32,000 nucleotides of DNA from Hwangdonia seohaensis (lineage in GTDB: Bacteria > Bacteroidota > Bacteroidia > Flavobacteriales > Flavobacteriaceae), in the NCBI RefSeq assembly GCF_031932625.1, contig NZ_JAVSCK010000003.1:356856-388855 (forward strand), in the 5' to 3' direction. Within the stretch, counting starts at the first letter, position 1; each line of letters starts with the position of its first letter. The notes under the pieces were generated by a model, which was given only the letters and a program-made list of their open reading frames with translations, did not search any database and was not told the origin of the DNA. The translations under genes and the position numbers were made by a program. Below are positions 1 through 8,414 of the stretch, piece after piece.

Positions 1-1
1 G

Positions 2-3000
2 CGAAGTGTTCAAGACTACTATGTAAAATATGCTTTGTCTTCGGCAAGTGGGGTTTCCGAGGTCGCTTCAATTGGTGGCTATGTTCAGGAATATCAAATT
101 GATGTGAACCCAGAACTCATGCGCCAATACAATATTGGATTGAACCAAGTTGTAAAAGCTGTAAAGGAAAGTAATAAGGACATTGGTGCACAAACCTTGG
201 AAATCAATAAAGCGGAATATTTAGTACGCGGTTTGGGCTATGTGAAATCCATTTCAGATATTGAAAATGCTGTGGTGACTTCAGAAGATTTCACGGCAAT
301 CAAAATTAAGGATATTGCTAAAGTAGCTTTAGGGCCTGCAGCTCGAAGAGGCATATTGGATAAAGAAGGTGCAGAAGTTGTTGGAGGTGTAGTTGTGGCG
401 CGTTATGGTGCCAATCCGATGGAAGTGATTAACAACGTTAAAGAAAAAATCAGTGAATTAAGCACTGGATTGCCGTCTAAAATACTAAAGGACGGAAGAA
501 CATCACAACTAACCGTAGTACCTTTTTATGATCGTTCCGAACTCATTCAAGAAACCTTAGGCACCTTAAATGAAGCCTTAACTTTAGAGGTTTTAATTAC
601 CATTTTGGTGATTATCATTATGGTATTCAATCTTCGGGCATCCATTTTAATTTCCGGCCTATTACCCGTCGCCGTATTAATGGTATTTATCGCCATGAAA
701 CTCTTTAATGTTGATGCTAATATCGTGGCGCTTTCTGGAATTGCGATTGCTATTGGAACCATGGTGGATGTTGGGGTCATACTTTCAGAAAACATCATCA
801 GGCATTTGGATGAGGACGATGGAAAAGAATCTATAAATACAGTGGTGTACAACGCTACCGCTGAAGTATCTGGAGCTATCGTAACCGCAGTAATGACCAC
901 CATTATCAGTTTCATCCCTGTGTTTACCATGATTGGTGCCGAAGGCAAATTATTCCGGCCATTGGCCTTTACCAAAACCTTTGCGTTAACCGCTTCCATT
1001 TTGGTGGCCTTGTTTTTGATTCCACCCTTTGCTGCGTTTTTATTCCGAAGAAAAAGCATTAAAAAAAGTTTCAGTTATATTTTAAATGCGGCTTTGGTTT
1101 TAGCAGGATTAATAGGTCTTTTTTATGGCTATTGGTTAGGCATTATTCTGATGGCTTTTGGTGTTACCGGCGTTTTAAAAGGTCAAGAGATAGTTAACGC
1201 AAAACGAGCAAATCTTATAAATATCATAATTTCTGCAACTGCCATTGTATTTCTTTTAGCGGAATATTGGCGACCATTGGGTGTTGATAAAAGTATTTTC
1301 TGGAACCTCATTTTTGTTGGGGTCATTTGCTTCGGATTGTTAGGTGTATTTGCCTTATTCATAAAGTTTTATACGCGAATTTTAAGATGGTGTTTAAATA
1401 ACAAGTTGTTGTTTCTATCTGTACCAACAGCCATTGTGATTGCCGGTTTTTTCATCATGAAAAACACAGGTAAGGAGTTCATGCCATCGCTAAATGAAGG
1501 TTCATTTTTATTGATGCCGACCTCGATGCCACATTCTGGAGTTGAAGAAAACAAACGGGTTTTACAACAATTGGATATGGCAGTTGCCAGTATTCCTGAA
1601 ATTGAAACCGTTGTGGGTAAAGCAGGTAGAACCGAATCGGCTTTAGACCCTGCGCCTCTCTCAATGTACGAGAATATTATTCAGTATAAACCAGAATATA
1701 TGCTGAATGAAAAGAGAGAACGTCAACGCTATAAAGTAAATGATGATGGTGAATATGTATTAAAAAACGGAATGTCATTGCGAGCGGAACAAAGTGAAGC
1801 GTGGCAATCTGTTAATGTCAAAGAACAACTAATAGAAGATAACGACGGAGAATTCTACCGCAACTGGCGACCGGAAATTAAATCACCTGATGATATTTGG
1901 GACGAAATCGTAAAAGTTACCAAATTACCAGGAGTAACCTCGGCACCAAAACTACAACCTATTGAAACGCGACTGGTGATGCTTCAAACAGGCATGCGCG
2001 CTCCTATGGGAATCAAAGTAAAAGGTCAAGATTTAAAGCAAATTGAAGCCTTTGGAGTCCAATTGGAAGATATACTAAAGCATGCCGAAGGAGTTAAACA
2101 AGAAGCTGTTTTTGCAGACCGAATTGTTGGGAAACCGTATCTGTTAATTGATATCGATAGAGAGAAAATTGCCAGATATGGCATCACGATTGAAGAGGTT
2201 CAAAATGTACTAAAGGTTGCCATAGGTGGTATGGTGCTCACGCAAACCGTTGAAGGTAGGGAGCGTTATGGCGTTCGTGTGCGATACCCAAGGGAGTTAC
2301 GAGGAGATCCTTCCGATTTAAAACAAATTTATATTCCAGTTGAAAAAGGCAGTCCGGTGCCGTTAAGCGAATTGGCAAGTATTCGTTATGAACAAGGGCC
2401 ACAGGTGATTAAAAGTGAAGACACCTTTTTAGTGGGTTATGTGCTTTTTGATAAATTGGATGATTTTGCAGAAGTAACCGTTGTTGAAAACGCACAAGCT
2501 TTGATACAAAGTAAAATAGATTCCGGTGAACTCATCGTGCCAAAAGGCATTAATTACCAATTTACAGGAACTTATGAAAATCAAATAAGGGCCGAAAAAA
2601 CCTTATCGGTAGTTGTGCCATTGGCATTGGCCATTATCTTTTTGATTCTTTACTTCCAATTCCGTTCCGTAACCACGTCTTTAATGGTGTTTACAGGAAT
2701 TGCCGTGGCTTTTGCGGGTGGGTTTTTAATGATTTGGCTTTACGGTCAAGGTTGGTTTTTAAACTTCAATTTCTTTGGCGAAAATATGCGAGACCTCTTT
2801 CAAATGCATCCTATTAATTTAAGTGTGGCCGTATGGGTTGGGTTTATTGCACTCTTCGGAATCGCAACCGATGATGGTGTGGTTATGGCAACCTACTTAA
2901 CGCAAACCTTCCGTAGAAATACACCCGAAAACAAGAAGGAAATTAGAGCATCCATTGTCGAAGCTGGAGAAAAACGAATCAGACCGTGTTTGATGACAAC

Positions 3001-3178
3001 AGCAACCACCATTTTAGCTTTATTGCCCATTTTAACATCTACAGGACGCGGAAGCGACATTATGATTCCTATGGCAATCCCAAGTTTTGGAGGCATGCTT
3101 ATCGCGTTAATTACCTTGTTTGTAGTCCCGGTTTTATATAGCTGGAGAGCGGAGTTAAAAGTTAAAAGTGAGAAGTGA
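2..3178 (+). CDS. cusA: CusA/CzcA-family heavy-metal efflux RND inner-membrane pump, 5'-truncated by the window edge
   Basis: The reading frame is open from nt 2, and the TTG at 35 is only an ORF-caller start. The translation aligns by eye along its length with E. coli CusA (VASIGGYVQEYQIDVNP, GIAIAIGTMVDVGV, GKLFRPLAFTKTF, GEFMPSLNEG). Methionines sit at the three positions that form the CusA Cu(I)/Ag(I) site (LLMPTS, APLSMYE, RLVMLQTG). The 12-TM RND architecture is present, with extra hydrophobic inserts. Confidence 0.9.
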   Translation, partial: RSVQDYYVKYALSSASGVSEVASIGGYVQEYQIDVNPELMRQYNIGLNQVVKAVKESNKDIGAQTLEINKAEYLVRGLGYVKSISDIENAVVTSEDFTAIKIKDIAKVALGPAARRGILDKEGAEVVGGVVVARYGANPMEVINNVKEKISELSTGLPSKILKDGRTSQLTVVPFYDRSELIQETLGTLNEALTLEVLITILVIIIMVFNLRASILISGLLPVAVLMVFIAMKLFNVDANIVALSGIAIAIGTMVDVGVILSENIIRHLDEDDGKESINTVVYNATAEVSGAIVTAVMTTIISFIPVFTMIGAEGKLFRPLAFTKTFALTASILVALFLIPPFAAFLFRRKSIKKSFSYILNAALVLAGLIGLFYGYWLGIILMAFGVTGVLKGQEIVNAKRANLINIIISATAIVFLLAEYWRPLGVDKSIFWNLIFVGVICFGLLGVFALFIKFYTRILRWCLNNKLLFLSVPTAIVIAGFFIMKNTGKEFMPSLNEGSFLLMPTSMPHSGVEENKRVLQQLDMAVASIPEIETVVGKAGRTESALDPAPLSMYENIIQYKPEYMLNEKRERQRYKVNDDGEYVLKNGMSLRAEQSEAWQSVNVKEQLIEDNDGEFYRNWRPEIKSPDDIWDEIVKVTKLPGVTSAPKLQPIETRLVMLQTGMRAPMGIKVKGQDLKQIEAFGVQLEDILKHAEGVKQEAVFADRIVGKPYLLIDIDREKIARYGITIEEVQNVLKVAIGGMVLTQTVEGRERYGVRVRYPRELRGDPSDLKQIYIPVEKGSPVPLSELASIRYEQGPQVIKSEDTFLVGYVLFDKLDDFAEVTVVENAQALIQSKIDSGELIVPKGINYQFTGTYENQIRAEKTLSVVVPLALAIIFLILYFQFRSVTTSLMVFTGIAVAFAGGFLMIWLYGQGWFLNFNFFGENMRDLFQMHPINLSVAVWVGFIALFGIATDDGVVMATYLTQTFRRNTPENKKEIRASIVEAGEKRIRPCLMTTATTILALLPILTSTGRGSDIMIPMAIPSFGGMLIALITLFVVPVLYSWRAELKVKSEK

Positions 3179-3240
3179 GAAGTGAAAAGTGAAGAATGAA
3201 CAGTTAAAAGTGAAGAGTAAAAAACTAAAAGTTTAAAGTT
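3154..3240. repeat. Tandem array of about 12 degenerate 7-bp units (consensus GTGAAAA/GTTAAAA) spanning the cusA stop codon and the whole cusA to four-helix-bundle spacer
   Basis: Read directly: gttaaaa gttaaaa gtgagaa gtgagaa gtgaaaa gtgaaga atgaaca gttaaaa gtgaaga gtaaaaa actaaaa gtttaaa, then gtt and the ATG at 3241. The first units encode the CusA C-terminus ELKVKSEK. Confidence 0.85.
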
Positions 3241-3600
3241 ATGAGTAAAAGTATTTTAAAAGATAAAAGTTATGCCTTTGCAATTATGGTCGTAAAACTG
3301 TCTCAGATTTTAGTTTCTGAAAAAAGAGAATTTGTATTAAGTAAGCAGTTTTTGAGAAGTGGAACCGCAGTTGGCGCATTAATTAGAGAGGCTGAATTTG
3401 CTCAAAGCAAGAAGGATTTTGTAAACAAAATGAGTATTGCACTTAAAGAAGCTAATGAAACATTGTATTGGTTGGATTTGTTGAAAGATACTGGCTATAT
3501 AAATGAAGAAGAGCATCAATTACATTTTGTTTTAAATAAGGAATTAGTTGCCATGTTAGTAAGCTCTATTAAAACAACAAAATCAAATATTCAAAAATGA
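3241..3600 (+). CDS. Four-helix-bundle protein (23S rRNA intervening-sequence protein / Avd-like family)
   Basis: 119 aa. Its size and motifs (KSYAFAIMVVKL, QFLRSGTAVGALIREAEFAQSKKDF, ALKEANETLYWLDLL) match my recollection of the TIGR02436/PF05635-type family. It is inserted between two efflux genes. Confidence 0.75.
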   Translation: MSKSILKDKSYAFAIMVVKLSQILVSEKREFVLSKQFLRSGTAVGALIREAEFAQSKKDFVNKMSIALKEANETLYWLDLLKDTGYINEEEHQLHFVLNKELVAMLVSSIKTTKSNIQK

Positions 3601-3659
3601 AACAGTTTATATACACATTAAAAGCAGTTGATTTTAGTTTTCTAGACATTATATTTCGT

Positions 3660-4871
3660 ATGAAAACTGTTTTGATTTTTAGTTTTTCACTTTTCACTTT
3701 TCACTCTATGAGTGCTCAAGAATTGGAAACATTGATAAACGAAGCTTTAGAGAACAATCCTGAAATTCAAAAGTTCGATTTTCAGCATCAAATTGCGTCC
3801 GAAAAAGTAAACGAAGTGAACAGTTTACCAAATACCGAATTTAACTTTGGCGTTATGGCTGTAAAACCTGAAATGGATATGCCAATGGAACGTTTTCGAG
3901 TTTCCGTTATGCAAATGTTACCTTGGTTTGGCACCATAACGGCACGAGAAAATTATGCGACTTCGATGGCCGATGCACAGTACATTGAAATAACGATAGC
4001 GAAACGAAAATTGGTGCTTTCGGTGTCGCAACTTTATTACCAACTGTATGAAATTAAATCCAAACAAGACGTTTTGGACAAAAACATTGCACTCTTACAA
4101 TCTTACGAACAGCTTGCCCTCACTTCGTTAGAAGTAGGTAAAGCATCAGCCGTAGATGTTTTACGATTACAGATCAGACAAAATGAATTGCAACAAGAGA
4201 AAGAGGTATTAGTTCAGCAATATAACGGGATACAAGCAGCATTGAATGGTTTGTTGAATCGTGATTATGATGTTAAGGTATCTGTGGTTTCTGCTATGGT
4301 AATTCCAGAAGACGATAATTTTTACAGTTATGAAAGTTTGGAAGTAAACCCAGAGTTGCTCAAATTTGATAAATTGTATCAATCGGTAGAGCAGTCCGAA
4401 TTGTTAAACCAAAAAGAAAGTGGCCCGATGATAGGTTTTGGCGTGGAATATATCAACCAAGAAAACAGCCCAATGATTACCAGTTCGTATAAAGATATGG
4501 TGATGCCCATGTTGTCGGTTTCCATACCTATTTTCAATAAAAAGTATAGCTCTCAAACCAAACAAAACGAATTGCGTAAACAGGAAATCCAATCGCAAAA
4601 AGAACAACGATTTAATATGTTGAAATCGGAACTGTCAAAAGCCATTTCGCAGCGAAATCAGTCGCGAATTAAGTTTGTTACCCAAGAGAAAAACCTAAAA
4701 CAAGCCAAAGATGCCGAAACCATTTTAATTAAAAGTTACGAAACCGGAACGATTGATTTTAATGATGTTTTGGATATTCAGGAATTGCAATTAAAATTCC
4801 AAATGAATCAAGTAGAGTCGGTTAAAAACTATTATGTGCAATCGACAGTAATTAATTATTTAAGCAATTAA
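3660..4871 (+). CDS. TolC-family outer-membrane efflux protein (CusC-like)
   Basis: The signal peptide MKTVLIFSFSLFTFHSMSAQ begins at the ATG at 3660, so the ORF-track start at 3597 would bury it. The protein shows the two-repeat coiled-coil/beta-barrel OEP pattern and sits in an operon with cusA. Confidence 0.8.
   Translation: MKTVLIFSFSLFTFHSMSAQELETLINEALENNPEIQKFDFQHQIASEKVNEVNSLPNTEFNFGVMAVKPEMDMPMERFRVSVMQMLPWFGTITARENYATSMADAQYIEITIAKRKLVLSVSQLYYQLYEIKSKQDVLDKNIALLQSYEQLALTSLEVGKASAVDVLRLQIRQNELQQEKEVLVQQYNGIQAALNGLLNRDYDVKVSVVSAMVIPEDDNFYSYESLEVNPELLKFDKLYQSVEQSELLNQKESGPMIGFGVEYINQENSPMITSSYKDMVMPMLSVSIPIFNKKYSSQTKQNELRKQEIQSQKEQRFNMLKSELSKAISQRNQSRIKFVTQEKNLKQAKDAETILIKSYETGTIDFNDVLDIQELQLKFQMNQVESVKNYYVQSTVINYLSN
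3670..3704. repeat. Inverted copy of the heptamer array (5 units TTTTNNN, the last 3 being perfect TTTTCAC)
   Basis: ttttgat ttttagt ttttcac ttttcac ttttcac. This is the reverse complement of the GTGAAAA units at 3154-3240. It lies inside the signal-peptide codons (FSFSLFTFHS) of the downstream OMP gene. Confidence 0.8.
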
Positions 4872-4872
4872 T

Positions 4873-7599
4873 ATGACACACACATATCACATACACGGAA
4901 TGACCTGCAACGGTTGTCGCAGTCACGTTGAAGACATACTTTCAAAAGTGGAAGGTGTTTCAGAAGCAACCGTCAATTTAGAAAAGGCTGAAGCCACTAT
5001 TGAAATGGAATCACATATTCCTATAGAAACATTTCAAGAGGCTTTGAAAAAGGATGGAGATACCTATACTATTCGCATTCAGAATGATGAGATTCCTGCT
5101 TCCGTAGGAATAAAATATCACGTACATGGCATGACCTGCAACGGTTGTCGCAGTCACGTTGAAGACATACTTTCAAAAGTAAAAGGTGTTTCAGAAGCAA
5201 CGGTCAATTTAGAAAAAGAAGAAGCTACGATTGAAATGGTATCACCTATTCCTATAGAAACGTTTCAAGATGCTTTGAAAAAGGATGGAGGAAGTTATAG
5301 TATTCATAAACTTGGAGAAAAGCCAGTGCAAAAAGAAAAAGTAGAAAAACCTAAAGGTAAAGGCACAGGCACTTTTTATTGCCCCATGCATTGCGAAGGC
5401 GATAAAACCTATGATAAAGCTGGCGATTGTCCGGTTTGTGGAATGGATTTGGTTGAGGAACAAAATTTATCTTCAACCCATTCCGAGCAATGGACCTGTC
5501 CTATGCATCCTGAAGTTGTGAAAGATGCAGCAGGTGCTTGCCCTATTTGCGGGATGGATTTAGTGCCCATGCAAGCAGATTTGTCTTCTGAAGAGAAAAC
5601 CTATAAAAAGCTGTTGAAGAAATTCTGGATTGCATCGATATTCACATTGCCGATTTTCATCATTGCCATGAGCGAAATGCTGACTAACAATCCATTATTT
5701 GAAATCATGCATCAAAAAAACTGGAATTGGATTCAGTTTGTATTGTCCATTCCCGTAGTTTTTTATGCCACTTGGATGTTTTTTGAACGTGCCTACAGAA
5801 GTATCAAAACCTGGAACTTAAACATGTTTACACTTATTGGGATTGGCGCAGGTGTAGCGTGGTTATTTAGTGTGTTCGGCATGTTTTTTCCAGATATTTT
5901 TCCAGAGCAATTCCTATCCGAATCCGGAGCAGTTCATGTTTATTTTGAAGCAGCAACGGTGATTTTAACATTGGTGCTTTTAGGGCAACTTTTGGAGGCG
6001 CGAGCACATAGTAAAACCAATTCGGCGGTAAAAGAATTATTAAAATTAGCACCAAATAAGGCTACAAAAATTGTAGATGGTGAAGATGTGGAAGTCAGTA
6101 TCGATAACATTGAATTAGGAGATATTCTAAAAGTAAAACCAGGCGATAAAATTCCTGTAGATGGCTCGATAACCGAAGGTGAAACCACCATTGATGAATC
6201 CGTGATTACAGGAGAACCGATTCCCGTAAACAAGTCGGTTGATGATAAAGTAAGCAGCGGAACTATAAACGGAAATCAAGTGTTCTTGATGAAAGCCGAA
6301 AAGGTTGGGAGCGATACCTTGTTGTCCCAAATTATCCACATGGTGAATGATGCCAGTAGAAGTCGCGCACCTATTCAGAATTTAGCCGATAAAGTATCTG
6401 GGTATTTTGTGCCTGCTGTGGTCATTATTTCGGTAATAACCTTTGCGGTTTGGGCCATTTGGGGACCAGAACCCGTTTATGTGTATGCTTTTGTAAATGC
6501 CATTGCGGTGTTAATTATTGCCTGTCCATGCGCGCTAGGATTGGCAACACCTATGTCAGTTATGGTCGGTGTTGGTAAAGGTGCTCAAAATGGTGTGCTG
6601 ATTAAAAACGCCGAAGCCCTCGAAAAAATGGATAAGGTAGATACCTTAATCATCGATAAAACAGGAACCATTACCGAAGGAAAACCAACGGTAGAAAAAG
6701 TGGGTGCCTTTGATTCTAATTTAACCGAAGCTGAGGTCCTGCAATATATCGTTTCGTTAAACAGCAATTCTGAACATCCACTGGCCGAAGCCACCGTTAA
6801 ATATGGAAAAGAACAAAAAGCGGAAGTCTTAAAATCCGAAGGATTTAGTGCCGTAACAGGAAAAGGGGTTGAAGGGAAAGTAAACGGTAAAAGCGTAGCA
6901 TTGGGAAATCCGGAAATGATGGATTATGCAAAAGCTGAAATTTTTACTGACATGGAAGACGAAGCAAAAACCTATCAAAAACAAGGCAAAACGGTTTCAT
7001 TTTTAGCAATAGACAAAGCTGTTGTTGGTTATGTGGTTATTGGCGATAAAATAAAGGCAACAAGCGCCAAAGCCATTAAAGAACTTCAAAACAAAGGTAT
7101 CGATGTTATTATGTTAACAGGCGATAACCATAACACCGCGCAAGCAGTTGCTACAGAGTTAAATCTTGCCGATTTTAAAGCCAGCATGTTACCAGAAGAC
7201 AAGCTCAAAGAAGTGGAAAAACTGCAAAAACAAGGCAAGGTTGTGGCAATGGCTGGAGATGGCATTAACGATGCACCGGCATTGGCGAAAAGTGATGTCG
7301 GCATCGCCATGGGAACGGGAACCGATGTAGCCATTGAAAGCGCTATGATAACTTTGGTTAAAGGCGATTTACACGGCATAGTAAAAGCCAAAAACCTAAG
7401 TCATGGTGTGATGAAAAACATCAAACAAAATCTGTTTTTCGCCATGATCTACAATACTTTAGGCGTACCCGTAGCGGCAGGCGTGTTATTTCCGGTTTTC
7501 GGAATATTGTTGTCACCAATGATTGCAGCATTAGCTATGAGTTTTAGCTCGGTATCGGTTATTGCAAATGCATTGCGATTAAGAACGATTAATATATAA
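4873..7599 (+). CDS. copA: Copper/silver-translocating P1B-type ATPase with 2 HMA domains and 2 CPMH...CPxCGMDL metal-binding modules
   Basis: Two [12 protein letters not shown] HMA motifs are present. The core motifs are TGEP (actuator), CPC in TM6, DKTGTIT, SEHPLA and GDGINDAP. The YN (IYNTLGVP) and MSFSS motifs are typical of Cu(I) pumps. Confidence 0.93.
   Translation: [908 protein letters not shown]
4885..5290 (+). repeat. Intragenic tandem duplication: two copies of about 175 bp (4885-5059 and 5116-5290), offset 231 bp, each encoding one HMA domain
   Basis: Hand alignment gives about 15 mismatches in about 175 nt. It includes a 50-nt identical run (atgacctgcaacggttgtcgcagtcacgttgaagacatactttcaaaagt). 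Confidence 0.9.
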
Positions 7600-7652
7600 C
7601 TATTTCATAAGAACCAATAAATAATATAAAGTCGTAAAAACTAGCAACAAAT

Positions 7653-8390
7653 ATGGTAAATAGACATACAGCATTAAAAATAAGAAAAACCCATCGCTAT
7701 TTGGGTCTGTTTTTAGGGATTCAATTCTTAATATGGACGATTAGTGGACTCTATTTCAGCTGGACCGATATTGACGAGATTCACGGTGATCATTTTAAAA
7801 AAGAAAAACCGCTACAAACGGCTTTCTCTAATTTAATTGGTACCGCTCAATTGGAAACCAATCAAGCTATTGCATCTTTGGAATTATTGGAAATTGCTGG
7901 CGAACCTTATTATTGGATAAATGATGAACAACTATATCACGCTAATTCAGGTGCTAAAAAAGAAGGAATTACCGAAAAAGAAGCCATTACAGTTGCAGAG
8001 CGTTATATGTTGTCTGATTTGGAAGTAGAAAATATTAAAAAAATTGAGAGTGTAAGTGCACACCATGAATACCGAGGAAAACCGTTGCCTGCTTATGAGA
8101 TTTCATATAAAACCGATGAAAACCTTAAAGCTTATGTCGCTCTAAATAACGGCGCTTTCCAAACCGTAAGACATAGAGATTGGCGATGGTTCGATTTTTT
8201 ATGGATGACGCATACCATGGACTATAAAGGACGAGATAATTTCAATACGCTTGTTCTAAGAGCATTTTCCGTATTAGGATTGATTACCGTTTTAAGTGGT
8301 TTTTTATTGTGGTTTACCAGTTCGCCATCAATTAGAAGATTTAATAAAAAAAGCAAAAAAACAACCTCTGAAGCGTTGAAAAACAAATGA
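7653..8390 (+). CDS. PepSY-associated TM-helix protein
   Basis: The N-terminus RKTHRYLGLFLGIQFLIWTISGLYFSW and the C-terminal TM segment (FSVLGLITVLSGFLLWF) flank a soluble PepSY-like segment. The call is a family-level recollection only. Confidence 0.55.
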   Translation: MVNRHTALKIRKTHRYLGLFLGIQFLIWTISGLYFSWTDIDEIHGDHFKKEKPLQTAFSNLIGTAQLETNQAIASLELLEIAGEPYYWINDEQLYHANSGAKKEGITEKEAITVAERYMLSDLEVENIKKIESVSAHHEYRGKPLPAYEISYKTDENLKAYVALNNGAFQTVRHRDWRWFDFLWMTHTMDYKGRDNFNTLVLRAFSVLGLITVLSGFLLWFTSSPSIRRFNKKSKKTTSEALKNK

Positions 8391-8414
8391 AAATAATATT
8401 AAAATAAATAGAAA

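Noticed and set aside
547-1059. A 170-aa antisense ORF inside cusA, and similar antisense or alternate-frame ORFs elsewhere. These are 1369-1664, 2893-3096, 4404-4607, 5242-7391, 11006-13797, 14249-15229, 17547-18835, 19093-19839, 21139-21330, 23239-23442, 25016-25715, 27766-29062, 29751-30150 and 31658-31846.
   Set aside because: Each lies wholly inside a long, well-supported gene on the other strand or in another frame. Their compositions are low-complexity or hydrophobic, typical of shadow ORFs in AT-rich DNA, and none has a recognisable motif.
3154-3240. The heptamer array as a CRISPR array or a phase-variation tract.
   Set aside because: The units are only 7 bp with no spacers, so it is not a CRISPR array. 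A 7-bp unit inside the end of cusA could in principle shift the frame. However, the repeat begins only 8 codons before the stop, so slippage would barely change the protein.
3597-3659. The ORF-track start at 3597 for the TolC-like gene, which overlaps the four-helix-bundle stop as ATGA.
   Set aside because: It would put 21 residues in front of a clear signal peptide (MKTVLIFSFSLFTFHSMSAQ). The ATG at 3660 gives a proper N-terminal signal. The upstream start cannot be fully excluded without N-terminal data.
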